Positions 35,102-48,334 are shown, counted from the first letter of the stretch. The stretch: DNA of 58,877 nucleotides from Nemertoderma westbladi (GCA_032718475.1 JAUCBJ010001357.1:1-58877); one strand, 5' to 3'. The notes: a model not told the origin generated them from the sequence alone. Numbers and translations: made by a program.

Positions 35102-36737
35102 AATTCATTTTTTCCGCTCAATTTGCTATAGAGTTGGATCATCCTACGTCCTGTTTAATTACTTAATAAATAATTAATTTGAAATATTTCAACTGAATAT
35201 TAATATAACTAGACGGGTGCATCAGTGGACTGTTGGTGTTTGCAATTAGATGGAATTCATATAAATTAATTTAAAAATTTCAAACTTGTTTTTCTCGGTG
35301 GTGCCAAATTTTGGTGCAGCACCAAATTTTTAAATATGTCAATTTTGTAAATTGATTGTTTGAATCTGTTTTTCACGCAATAGGGGTTTTTTGGGTTTCT
35401 GGTTTCGATAGAATATTCAGTATACGAGTTTCACCAGACGTATCAAACTTGTATTTTTCGGTGCAGTTTTGCAATTTTGGTGCCAGCACGAAATTTTGAA
35501 AATCCTTTCAATAGTTCAATTGCTTGTGACAACTTATTTCTCGCGTTTTAGAGGTTTATGGTTTATCTTAATGCAAAAGCCTTGTTTTTTTTCTCGGGAA
35601 AAAAAACTTCCAGGGTAAAAATATTTGTTCTAGAACATTATTTTTTCAATAACAAATAGCTGACATTTTTCTTGAACATTTAAAGAATTATTATCTAAAA
35701 TTAATTTGTGTTCATTTCGATCGTTCATTTGATTAAATTGCCGACTTGTTTTATTTTATTTGAACATAATATTATATTTGTTCCAGTTACCATTTAAAAA
35801 CTAAATAAAAAATATTTTAAAAATGCTGCAAAATTTTCAAAAAACGCTCACACATCGGGCTATGCTAAAGTGCCCCTTCAATATTACCCCTGTTTTATTG
35901 TTGACAACTGTTCTATTCCTATTAGCTATAAAAGTAACATAATTTTATAAGTATTTAAATTTGTCATTAATAGAAATTGTTTCCAACTTTATAACATAAT
36001 TTATTACCAGGTTATTTAGTTATTTTACGAGTTATTTACCCGAGGGACATGTTATAGACCCGAGGCGAAGCCGAGGGTTTATAACTGGCCCGAGAGCAGA
36101 TGTAGGTGAGAAATGGAGCCGATTGCACCGTAACATTTTTTTATTTTGGTTTTATATGGTTGGTGAAGCACAGCGCTGTTTGTAGGGTGACACGAGGTAT
36201 TCATACTTATTTGACATTGTAACGGGTTTGTAGTCGTAAAGTATGTGAAAGAGTCATTTTGAGTGAGACGGCCGGCTTTTCTAATCTTAACTATTTTTGT
36301 TTCTACCATATTTACTTCCATTCCGTTTCAAATGTTGTAACTTATTAAGGTATAATTGTTCTATTTCATGGCAGTGATTGCAAGAAGGTGTATTCTGAAA
36401 ATTTTCCAAATTTTTTTTACAATATTATAATGGATAGCTATTACTTTACTAAATCAGTAACAGTATTAGTTTGTTAAGACTCCGCCAACTTCGTGGCTCG
36501 CCTGACGACATTAATTAATCAAACGGATCTAGGACACTCCCCCACCCCCCCCCCCACCCCCGCAGTTAAAGTGTTGAAATTATTCTGGGTGCATCAAAGC
36601 AATAAACAAAAGTTAAAGATGGTTACAGGACAAGTTGTATCTAGACAAGTTTTTTCAAAATTATAAAAGAAACATTTTTATAGTCAAATTTTGTTTGTTT
36701 TTCTTTTAATTCCTTTAATTCGTTTAATTTCTTTTAA

Positions 36738-36872
36738 TTGGGGGCTGCCGCCCCCAAACCCCCGCTTCTTTTCTTGGGGGCTGCCGCCCGCAAACCTCCG
36801 CTTCTTTTCTTGGGGGCTGCCGCCACCAAACCCCCGCTTCTTTTATTGGGGGTTATCGCCCCCAGACCCCGG
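36738..36872. repeat. 36-bp GC-rich minisatellite, 4 copies
   Basis: TTGGGGGCTGCCGCCCCCAAACCCCCGCTTCTTTTC, with G5 runs at 36740, 36776, 36812 and 36848. Confidence 0.9.
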
Positions 36873-37298
36873 CATTTCCCTGAGTGCCCGTGGTGAAAGA
36901 CTTAAGACCATTTTGAAATAATTAATTCATGTTTGTATCATCAGATAATAAATTGACTAAGCCTAAAGTAGGAGCTGTATTGAATGTTAACCAATTTAAT
37001 ATATAAATTACTACAATATTATATAATTCAACAAAATCCTATTAAAAATATTGCAAGTAACCAGGAAATTTAATATGTAGTGTGTATAATATCTATATAG
37101 TATGTATAGTAAGTAATATGTATATCAATATGTAATGCTGAACACAGAATACAGGTCAACGCATGTCGATTTTACCCTGGAGAGATATAATTTTGATTGC
37201 AACAATAATATTCATCCCCATCTGCTACAATTTGAAGAAGACTATTACATAATAATACCTATAATTAAAACAATTAATTATTATAATTCTATAGTTAA

Positions 37299-38812
37299 CC
37301 CTTTCAGTACCAAGCTTTTTCAAAAACCGTATTTGATGCGCCAATAAAAATTTGGTTGTTATTTAGAAAAAGTGTAAGTCCTATGAAAAAATGATGAAAG
37401 TCAAAGTTGTTGAGAATCATATACTTAGTCGAATGGAAAAAAAAATTTCAATTTTATTTATAACTAATATTATTTATAATTAAATAGGTAATAAATTTGG
37501 CTATTTAAGAAAAATGTAAGTTCTATGTAAAAATGATGAAAGTCAAAGTTGTGAAGAATCATAGACTTAGTCGAATGGTAAAAAAAATTAAATTTTATTT
37601 ATAACTAATATTATTTATAATTAAATAGGTAATAAATTTTGCTATTTAAGAAAACTGTAAGTCCTGTGTAAAAATGATGAAAGTCAAAGTTGTAGAGTAT
37701 CATATACTTACTCCAATGAGGAATGAAATATCAATTTCATTTATAACTAATATATTTATAACGAAACTGTCTCTTTATAGAGGTACCGGCTGACCGGTAC
37801 TGTAGGTGGTAGTTGGTGTACGAAAGAATGACCCTCAAGAATGTTGGAACATTTATTTCTATATTATGATTTATTTTTAAATTTTGATGTCAAGTCCTCC
37901 ATGACCGATAGCTCACTCGGTAGAGCACCTGAATTCAGATGTGAAAGTTGTGGGTTCAATGCCGGAACATGGATTGTCTTTTTTTTTTAAGTTTCGTTCA
38001 CAGCCAGCCAGTGCGTAGTGTAGGCCTATTATAGGCCTGCCGTATCTAAAACTACCAGAAAACGAGCATATGATATGGCCTGTAGTTTTTCCACATACAT
38101 TAGGGCAGTAGTGTTTAGTAACAGATGCAAAATTTGATTTGGTGAAAAGTAATGATGAATGACCAACTAACCAAAACATTTAGACATTCCAAAAGGAACT
38201 TTCCATTTACTTGGTAATGTTTACTCAATCTATAACCAAAACACTAAACATCCATTAAAAGTGAAATAGTTCTGAATGTCACGGTATCATTCAGCGAGCC
38301 AGACCTCTCTATTTTTAAAGTGCAGAAATTGTTTAAAAAAAACTTTCATCAACAAAAGTGACAACCTAGTTTCAGTTCATGTCGCTTTGGCCACTAAATA
38401 TAACCAAAGCACTAAACGCAACCATCTAAAATCAAATAAGTTCTGAATGTTATAGTACCATAAAAAGCGATTCAGACATCTCTATTTGATAATCTGCTGA
38501 AGTGATTTTAAAACGTATGTACAGTACCAATCCTATGTAATAAGCAGAATGCAGAAATGCACTACTGTATTGGCTACAATTTGGTGGCTGCAGTTTGTAA
38601 TTGTCACACAGTCTGATAGGTCCCAACCATGGTTTAGGTTTTTGAAATTTTTTTTATAGATTTTCTTATGCGCCAGATAAATTTGAATGGTGCCACTTAT
38701 GCGCCAATGGCAACTAATCACCCATAGATACATATTGAATCTATGGCTCATACATGCGAGCCAAGGCGCCTATTGACGTGGCTCGCATGGGTGAGCCATG
38801 GTACTGAAAGGG
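37299..38812. mobile_element. Non-autonomous piggyBac-like element with an internal ~143-bp x3 repeat
   Basis: TTAA|CCCTTTCAGTACCA ... TGGTACTGAAAGGG|TTTTAA (14-bp TIR, right TSD degenerate). AAAATGATGAAAGTCAAAGTTGT occurs three times in 37385-37695. Confidence 0.8.
37903..37992 (+). repeat. Degenerate tRNA-derived SINE-like fragment inside the piggyBac-like element
   Basis: A-box-like TAGCTCACTCGG, B-box-like GGTTCAATGCC, and a downstream T run. Confidence 0.5.
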
Positions 38813-39073
38813 TTTTAATAAAAACAGTATATAATTCCGGGGATGGAATTTATAGGTCATCTAATATAATTAATTGTTTAAAGATTAGCAAACAATACGA
38901 TGTAATTGCATTGATAAAACCCATAAATAAAACTTGGATATAAAATGTAAAATCGGGATGTAAAAGATCACTTTCTGAGCTACGAAAGGAAAATTGGATA
39001 CAACTTATCTGGATACAAGCGGTCCGTTTACCTTACAAAATGAAAAATACGAATGTGCGAAGTTAAGATCAGT

Positions 39074-39278
39074 CGGGGGGGAAGTGTCCGCGGGGAGGAA
39101 GTGTCTGGGGGGGAAGTGTCCGGGGGGGAAGTGTCCTACTTGAGCGGGGGGGAACTGTCCGGGGGGGAAGTGTCCGCGGGGGGAAGTGTCTGGGGGGGAA
39201 GTGTCCGGGGGGGAAGTGTCCTACTTGAGCGGAGGGGAACTGTCCGGGGTGGAAGTGTCCGGGGGGGAAGTGTCCGAA
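39074..39278. repeat. ~15-bp G-rich minisatellite (GGGGGGAAGTGTCC)n
   Basis: Read directly. A variant unit containing CTACTTGAGC recurs twice. Confidence 0.9.
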
Positions 39279-40200
39279 CACCAATCAAAAGATATTAGAT
39301 ACTACTGATTAATGTAGTAAGGAATGTTGATTGGCTAATCGTATAGCTATTCTGATAGGCTGGCCAGATGGTGTCATATAATTATTGGCCAAGGGAAAGG
39401 GCGAGGGGGGGGGGGGTGGGGGGATGGTGGGTTAACATGTGTTAACCACTCCTATCATATTGGTTACTAGGGTAACAGGCACTGTTCACCAACTTTGCTA
39501 TACAAGGTCCAATATTATTATGATTGCTTAGGCTGAGCTATTGGCAAGAAATATTTATCGTATTTAATATTACAATTATCTGCCTATTGGTTTACAAACA
39601 CGAATCTCTCATGTAGAATTCTGACGGATATATATTAATTTAATCACCATTTATAAAATATTACTGAGATAATATAAATGTTATACCGATATACTAAAAT
39701 GTATCCTTATTTAGTGTTTCATAGCTCTTATTTATATATTTTAACTTGTACCTATAATAATTTTATTGTTTTGGTTATACATTGTCTGGGTTTAGAATCA
39801 GCCTTTCTGTAACCTGAGTTTTATCTGAAAACCTGACATATTTCACATGGCGGTAAACTGCAAAGTGAAATACAACAGCAGAAAGTCTAGTAAACATGGA
39901 CCTTGATTTGTACAGATAGTGGTGTAAATTGACGGGAAGTGAAATAAAGTCGCGTTTATTGTTTTGGTTAGGAAACAGCTCCCCTTAATGTTTTAAATTA
40001 ATATAAATAATTTTAAAAATAGTTTTAAATAAAATTAAACTAATTTTTCAAACCCACTAAATACATAGTTGTTGTTTTTGGTCGTTTTGCGCCACTGACT
40101 CGATTTTTTACAGCTCAAACTATATTATAATCATTAATACAGGTTTATATTATTTTGTATACTATTTTACGAAATTATATAAACTAAACTAAACTAAACT

Positions 40201-40610
40201 TTTTAAAACGGAGGTGAGACGTGGACACTGACTAAATCACTTGAACAACGAATTGATGGTTGCTACACAAGACTCCTGAGGGCAGCCCTAAACATCACCT
40301 GGAGACAACACATAAAAACGCCGTGCTTTATGGTACAAAACCACCTGTATCAACCACCCTCCGTGAACGCAGATTAAGATTCAGTGGGCACCGCTGGCGA
40401 AGTAAAGACGGGGTCATACCAGATCTACTTTTCTGGCGACCAACTCATGGAAAGCGTAGTCGTGTCCGACCGGCCATAACATATATAGATCAGCTTGAAA
40501 GGGATACTGAACTTGGGAGAAACGAAATTGCGACAACTATGGAGAATCGGGAAGCCTGGAAGGATCTCATTTCCACTATCCGAGTTCGCTCGACCTAGTA
40601 GTAGTAATAG
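40201..40610 (+). mobile_element. 5'-truncated RTE-clade non-LTR retrotransposon (RT thumb/C-terminus)
   Basis: ETWTLTKSLEQRIDGCYTRLLRAALNITW..., RRLRFSGH..R, LLFW.P.HGKRSR.RP, a (TAG)n tail, and TSD TATATAAACTAA at 40176 and 40611. Confidence 0.88.
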
Positions 40611-40794
40611 TATATAAACTAAGTTATTGTTTAAAAAACGTAGTTATATTAATTGCGTAGATATATATAATTAAATATTGTAAACACTTTGACAACTTGT
40701 TGGTTAGTTTATTGACAAAAGTAGCTTGATAAATTACGTGCGTACAGCATAAATCAATTAATAACAACATAAACTACAAAGCTTCTTTTATGTT

Positions 40795-43002
40795 ATGGCG
40801 GAATCAAACTCATACAAAATTACAGGAGATGGTAAACAATTATGTCTGATAATAAATATTACAGATTATCGCGGTACTAAATACTCTGTGCGACAGAGGA
40901 GAAGGGTCATCACATGATGTAAAAAACATTAAGGAAATATTTGGAGGCAAGTTGGGTTGTGAGATAGTAGAATATAGAGATGAGAAAGGTGAAGTGAAGA
41001 AGAACATAACAGATGATGAGTTGATACAATTCCTAACTGAATTTCGTAATCAGAAACAATTAAATGACATTGAGTGTCTTATTTGTATTCCTTATGAGTC
41101 ATGGAATTGAGGGTAAGCTTGTTTGTTCCAACAAAGTAACAGTACCTATAAAAAAAATTGTGGAACTATTCTCAACAGAATGTTTGGCACTAAGTGGTCC
41201 GGTTCCAAAACCTCGGATATTCTTTGTAGAAGCCTGCCAGTCCAACCCTTATCCAGACTTCGATTTAAATTTCGATGATCGTATATTTGAACATACAGCT
41301 GTAGCAATCGGTTGCAGTCCAGGTGAGACTGTTACCAATGTACAAAGACCAGGGGTCGACTTTCATACATCTATGTTTGTAAAGTAGTTAACAATATCCT
41401 AAATAAAAAAACAGCTGGGGATGATGTTAAAGTGGATTTATTACCAGTGTTGAGGAATTATAACATTGTGCATCGAGGTACAGATGAAAATTCTATTATA
41501 TCACATCCACAAATATATGACTATTTAGCAAAATCAGTACACCTTTTAGAATTTGTTCCACAAATTCCACCTGATTTTCCGCGCTGGTTAATTCCAAAGG
41601 TTCCCAATTATCACATTCCCCGCCCCGACATGGTAGACAAAGTTAGAAAGGGTCTGAATGAGCTGAAAGGTCAACCAGGTTGGGTAGTTATATCGGGAAT
41701 GGCTGCCATAGGGAAAACAACTTTGGCAATCGATTCAGTAAACGATGAAGTTTTTATAAATAAATACCCTCATGGTATATATTGGCAACACATTGGGCCA
41801 TTGGGAGTCGGTCCTGTTGGAGAGAATGCTCTCGTGCAGAAAATGAAAGAAATGCATTTAATGATAGATGAATCATCTCATCAGTTAGTCAGCCAGTTGT
41901 TCAGTATTAAGAGCTGCACAAGTGCTTTAAATAATATTATTAATAAGAAACCTCGTTGTTTGATTTTATTAGATGATGTTTGGGATAAATTTGTAATCCA
42001 AGCTTTCAATATAAGTTGCCCTATAATGGTAACTACTCGTGACATAAAATCCATTCCTTCAGATTATCCAAATGTATCATATATTTGTGTAAATGATGGG
42101 CTAAATGCCGCCCAATCTGAGAAACTACTCAGAATGTGGACTAGGCCCTGAGTTTATAATGTCAGCAGAAGCAAGAAATGTGATGAGAAAATGTTATGGC
42201 TCCCCATTGGCAGTGAATTTGGTTGGAGCTGTAAAAAGCGACAACTCTGAACTAACTTGGCAAGATATTGACGAATATCTGCCCGAATTAGATGGAACTG
42301 ATGCTGGTTTGGACTACGATAAATCAATAACTGCCACAATAAAACTTAGTGTTGATTATCTAACGCCAAAACTTAGAGAACTTTATATTAAACTAGCTGT
42401 TTTTGGGCAAGTTGGATGTCACGAATTTACAAGTGAAATAGTTGCTTTTTTAAGTAATTCAAATATTGGAGGTACACGATTATCGTTAAATCAACTGGTG
42501 AATAAATCACTTCTATCTAATAATTCTGAATCAAAACTTTGGTCTTTACATCCACTGCTTATGGCGTTTATTGAAAGACAAAAAGAAACAACTGAGACTC
42601 ATCGGCAATTAGTTGAAAATTATAAACCTTTTAACTTAAAATCTGGAGTGGATCCAAAGACATTAGACAAATATATGTTTGAATACCTGGCTAATCATAT
42701 GGCGAAAGCAACTCTCTGGGAAGAAAGACACCAACTACTAACTAACATTCTTTGGATTAAATCAAAGATTAAGTTCAGTGGACCTGCGAATCTTATTGCT
42801 GATTACGAATTGGCTGACCAGAAACTTTCGGAAGACCAAAAAGCAGAACAGGAAATATTCCGATCGACAATCCGTCGACTATGTGCGAACCTCACTGGGA
42901 CAGAAAGGTGCGACATAATTCAAGTCGGATTGATGGCTCCAAAAACATCGGGATTTTACAAAATGTCACGGGAAATCGCAGTTCAAGAGTTATGCAATGA
43001 TG
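40795..43002 (+). pseudogene. Caspase (peptidase C14)-APAF-1-like NB-ARC/helical-domain fusion; a single large exon with four 1-nt frameshifts
   Basis: Caspase part: CLIIN, REGSSHD, FLMSHG, KPRIFFVEACQ. APAF-1-like part: LKGQPGWVVISGMAAIGKT, LILLDDVWD, VTTRD, CYGSPLAV.LVGA, LVNKSLL, LH, WIKSKI...GPANLIADY, DIIQVGL. Splice donor G|GTAAGT at 43003. Confidence 0.82.
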
Positions 43003-43454
43003 GTAAGTGTGCAAACTAAATATGTAACACACTGTATAACCTACATAAAAATGTATAGAAGTAAGTGAGAGACATTGAGCTGAATTATAAAATTCGCACA
43101 ATCTATCCCAGTAACATACTATGGAATAATACGTAGTTAATGGATAAGGTGTAAGTTACCCATTACATGAGTGAGTTTCCACTCAACAGTCTTTCTAATA
43201 GTTATTTAATTAGTTTTAATGACGAAATGCATATCATTTAACAATAATTAAATAATTAACAATATACAACAAGCGCACTGACCGTCCAATAGTTGCATAA
43301 ACTTATATAACAGATAAACTCAAATACATAATAATACCCAACATTATTGATTAATGTAGATGGTATAATATTAATTAATGTAGCACAGAATATACTGTAC
43401 ATAAGTTTGTAAAATCTAAGTTTACGTAACTTCTGAGCGACTCAGGGCAATGTT

Positions 43455-43865
43455 ACAGGGGACTGTTAACTTAATCTGGAGATTGTGCGACATGAGACGG
43501 AGTCTGTTAACTCAATCCGGAGATTGTGCGACATGAGACGTAGTCTGTTAACTCAATCCGGAGATTGTGCGACATGAGACGGAGTCTGTTAACTCAATCT
43601 GGAGATTGTGCGACATGAGACGGAGTCTGTTAACTCAATCCGGAGATTGTGTGACATGAGACGGAGTCTGTTAACTCAATCCAGAGAGTGTGCGACATGA
43701 GACGGAGTCTGTTAACTCAATTCAGAGAGTGTGCGACATGAGACGGAGTCTGTTAACTCAATTCAGAGAGTGTGCGACATGAGACGGAGTCTGTTAACTC
43801 AATACGGAGATTGTGCGACAAGAGACGGAGTCTGTTAACTCAATCCGGAGATTGTGCGACATGAG
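43455..43865. repeat. 41-bp satellite array 1 (~10 copies)
   Basis: Unit GAGACGGAGTCTGTTAACTCAATCCGGAGATTGTGCGACAT. Confidence 0.95.
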
Positions 43866-46800
43866 CACACCACCCTTGAGTGGACATCTTGGTGAAGAAA
43901 AATGAACGCGAATTCTGTTTGCATATTTGGGTTTTTTGCCCAGAGTCAAAAAAATATAAAACGAAAATATTTCACGGACCTCTTTTAAGATTATTTAATA
44001 ATTTAATTATTAACTAATATTAATACTATTAAATCCATTAATAATAAATGAAAGTACTTAATACTTATTCTGTTACGTTGGTAATGTTCCCTAGAGTGAA
44101 AAAAATGTTTAACAAAAATAATTGGTGGAGCCCATGATTAATTATTTTATAACTAAATAATTAAAAAATAATATTATTGCTTGTCTTTAAACTTAATTAA
44201 CATTGAAAATACATAAAGCCCTGTGTCAATGTTGCTGCATATCTTAAACATTAAATGAAAAACATGTTTAGTCAACCTGTAATAATTTACTATTTAATAA
44301 TTAATTAATAATTAATATTAGAAAATTACAGATAACACAAATTATTGAATTGACTAATCTGCGTAAACTCAAATTATATTTAAAAGTTATTGAAATACAC
44401 AAAAATCTGATTCCAAAAACCGGAAATTACTACTTAAAGTTCGTTGGAACCATCAATAAAGGTATAATAATATGTTTATACTATCTAATTTAAATGGTTG
44501 GGTAAATTCTAAGCCCGCAAGTATTCTTAGCCCGCGGGTATTCTTACCCCGCGAGTTAGTAAAGGAGTAGGTTAGTAAAGGACCACGTTTCAGAGGCGTA
44601 CTGGGGGAACCAAAATAATAAACGTTATAGTTTTGCGGGCTAATAATATCCACGGACTAAGAATACTTGCGGGCTAAGAATACCCGCGGGCTAAGAATAC
44701 CCACGGGCTAAGAATACTCGCGGGCTAAGAATAATTGCGGGCTAAGAATACCCACGGGCTAAGAATACCCACGGGCTAAGAATACCCACGGGCTAAGAAT
44801 ACCCGCGGGCTAAGAATACCCACGGGCTAAGAATACTCGCGGGCTAAGAATAATCGCGGGCTAAGAATACCCACGGGCTAAGAATACCCACGGGCTAAGA
44901 ATACCCACGGGCTAAGAATACCCACGGGCTAAGAATACCCGCGGGCTAAGAATACCCACGGGCTAAGAATACTCGCGGGCTAAAAATAATCGCGGGCTAA
45001 GAATACCCACGGGCTAAGAATACCCACGGGCTAAGAATACCCACGGGCTAAGAATACCCACGGGCTAAGAATACCCGCGGGCTAAGAATACCCACGGGCT
45101 AAGAATACTCGCGGGCTAAGAATATTCGCGGGCTAAGAATACCCGCGAACTAAGAATACCCACGGGCTAAGAATACTCGCGGGCTAAGAATAATCGCGGG
45201 CTAAGAATACCCACGGGCTAAGAATACTCGCGGGCTAAGAATACTCGCGGGCTAAGAATACCCGCGGGCTAAGAATACCCACGGACTAAGAATGCTCGCG
45301 GGCTAAGAATAATCGCGGGCTAAGAATACCCACGGGCTAAGAATACCCACGGGCTAAGAATACCCACGGGCTGAGAATACCCACGGGCTAAGAATACTCG
45401 CGGGCTAAGAATACTCGCGGGCTAAGAATACTCGCGGGCTAAGAATACTCGCGGGCTAAGAATACCCACGGGCTAAGAATACTCGCGGGCTAAGAATACC
45501 CGCGGGCTAAGAATAATCGCGGGCCAAGAATAATCGCGGGCTAAGAATTCCTGAGACCATTTAAATATGTTATTTTTAATATCAATTGGTTGTTATGACC
45601 AGGTCTAACTAAAGTTTAACCATGGCAAGCATAATAATAATGTTATATAAATCAATTAAATGTTTGGCCAAAATGTAATTAGGCTAAGTTACATAATTCA
45701 ATAGTCTATATATATTATTATTACTATTACGTAATTTATTAAGAAGTAAATTTATCATAATTTAGTAGTTGTACTAATGCATGTCTAACAACTGATAGAA
45801 ACATATAGTAATATATATTAGTATGTATGTAATAATATACGTATTATAAACATAATAAGTACTGGTACAATTTCAAAAATAAAATAACCCATGATGATTT
45901 CTGCCGGACATTGTGATTTATTTTCTTAGGTAAAACAAAAAAGAGGCAGATGGGGGGGGGGGGGGGGGGGGGTGTTGGTTGACTGTGTGGATGGTAACAA
46001 AATTCATCCCGTTCCGGTGTAAAATTTACTCAAATAACAACAGATTACTCCAAATATTTAACAGTAGCCTAACATGTTAGAACGTGCCATGCCACTGTAA
46101 CCTGCTCATCTCCCTTAATTTGTAATTTAACATTGAGAAGATGTGTTAATTCACGCAGATTTGATTTATGCCCTGTTCCACCCCTCTCCTGCCTTAAAAT
46201 AAGACTCCCCTATTATGGTTAATTATCACTTTAAAACATCAGACAGTATAATTTGAAGGATGGATATGATATTAATGATTGTATATTATATAACAAATTG
46301 ATTGATTGATCTACAATAAAGTTTATAGTTTCTATAATTCTGATTTTTGATAACAGATGATCGAATATTTCAATAATTTCATACGATATACAGTAAGTTA
46401 CAACATTTGAATTTTAGATCTTATGCAGTAGGCCTATTATCACTTCAATAATAATCAAAGTTAAACGGCAATTTTAAAAAATTAATTAATTATTTAAATA
46501 ATAAATAATTATAGACCGACTCCACCATATTCCTAATTCAATATTTCCAACTTCAATCAACAATATGAAGTTTTACTTTATGTACTTAGAATGTTAATTA
46601 AATTTAAATGCAAGTTAATGTTATTAAAAATATTTATTATTTAGTAACTAAATAATTACAAATGGGTTCCATCAAAAATTGTTGTTTAACATTTTTTAGA
46701 CATCAGACAACATTGCCAACGTAACACCTTAATTAGTTAGTCCGTTCATTTAAAATTACTGGATTTAATATTATTAATAATAGTTAAAAATTAAATTATT

Positions 46801-46936
46801 TAATAATTTTAAAAGGGGACCGCAAAAAATTGTCGCTTTTTATTTTTTTGACGCAGGGCGCAAAACCTTACTCAAATATTCAAACAGAATTGGCGTTCAT
46901 TTTTCTTCACCAAGATGTTCACTCAAGGGTGGTGTG
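43866..46936. mobile_element. Non-autonomous CAC..GTG TIR transposon (Chapaev/CMC-like), copy 1
   Basis: TIR CACACCACCCTTGAGTG.ACATCTTGGTGAAGAAAAATGAACGC, imperfect over ~300 bp. 4-bp TSD TGAG taken from the satellite unit. Confidence 0.8.
44496..45558. mobile_element. GG..CC element with 8-bp TSD carrying a 17-bp satellite (GGGCTAAGAATACCCAC)n, copy 1
   Basis: TSD ATTTAAAT at 44488 and 45559. About 3 inverted units on the left and about 54 direct units on the right. Confidence 0.8.
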
Positions 46937-48334
46937 TGAGACGGAGTCTGTTAACTGAATCCGGAGATTGGGCGACATGAGACGGAGTCTGTTAACTCAA
47001 TCCGGAGATTGTGCGACATGAGACGGAGTCTGCTAACTGAATCCGGAGATTGGGCGACATGAGACGGAGTCTGTTAACTCAATCCGGAGATTGTGCGACA
47101 TGAGACGGAGTCTGTTAACTCAATCCAGAGATTGTGCGACATGAGACGGAGTCTGTTAACTCAATCCGGAGATTCTGCGAGATGAGACGGTGTCTGTTAA
47201 CTCAATTCAGAGAGTGTGCGACATGAGACGGAGTCTGTTAACTCAATCCGGAGATTGTGCGAGATGAGACGGAGTCTGTTAACTCAATCCGGAGATTGTG
47301 CGACATGAGACGGAGTCTGTTAACTCAATCCGGAGATTGTGCGTCATGAGACGGAGTCTGTTAACTCAATCCGGAGATTGTGCGAGATGAGACGGAGTCT
47401 GTTAACTCAATCCGGAGGTTGTGCGAGATTAGACGGAGTCTGTTAACTCAATCCGGAGATTGTGCGACATGAGACGGAGACTGTTAACTCAATCCGGAGA
47501 TTGTGTGAGATGGGACGGAGTCTGTTAACTCAATCCGGAGATTGTGCGACTTGAGACGGAGTTTGTTAACTCAATCCGGAGATTGTGCGACATGAGACAG
47601 AGTCTGTTAACTCAATCCGGAGATTGTGCGACATGAGACGGAGTCTGTTAACTCAATCCGGAGATTGTGCGACTTGAGACGGAGTCTGTTAACTCAATTC
47701 AGAGATTGTGCGACATGAGACGGAGTCTGTTAACTCAATCCGGAGATTGTGCGACTTGAGACGGAGTCTGTTAACTCAATCCGGAGATTGTGCGACATGA
47801 GACGGAGTCTGTTAACTCAATCCGGAGATTGTGTGAGATGGGACGGAGTCTGTTAACTCAATCCGGAGATTGTGTGAGATGGGACGGAGTCTGTTAACTC
47901 AATACGGAGATTGTGCGACAAGAGACGGAGTCTGTTAACTCAATACGGAGATTGTGCGACATGAGACGGAGTCTGTTAACTCAATCCGGAGATTGTGCGA
48001 CATGAGACGGAGTCTGTTAACTCAATCCGGAGATTGTGCGACATGAGACGGAGTCTGTTATCTCAATTCAGAGAGTGTGCGACATGATACGGAGTCTGTT
48101 AACTCAATTCAGAGAGTGTGCGACATGAGACGGAGTCTGTTAACTCAATTCAGAGAGTGTGCGACATGAGATGGAGTCTGTTAACTCAATTCAGTGAGTG
48201 TGCGACATGAGACGGAGTCTGTTAACTCAATTCAGAGAGTGTGCGACATGAGACGGAGTCTGTTAACTCAATTCAGAGAGTGTGCGACATGAGACGGAGT
48301 CTGTTAACTCAATACGGAGATTGTGCGACATGAG
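46937..48334. repeat. 41-bp satellite array 2 (~34 copies)
   Basis: Same unit as array 1. Confidence 0.95.

Larger units (their letters stand above)
34814..35169. mobile_element. Foldback element made of two inverted tRNA-derived arms (~150 bp each)
   Basis: 34814-34964 is the reverse complement of 35019-35169 with few mismatches. Confidence 0.85.

Noticed and set aside
32298-39298. Short ORFs at 32298, 34414, 36691, 39053 and 39069
   Set aside because: They are translations of TIRs or minisatellites with no protein motifs.
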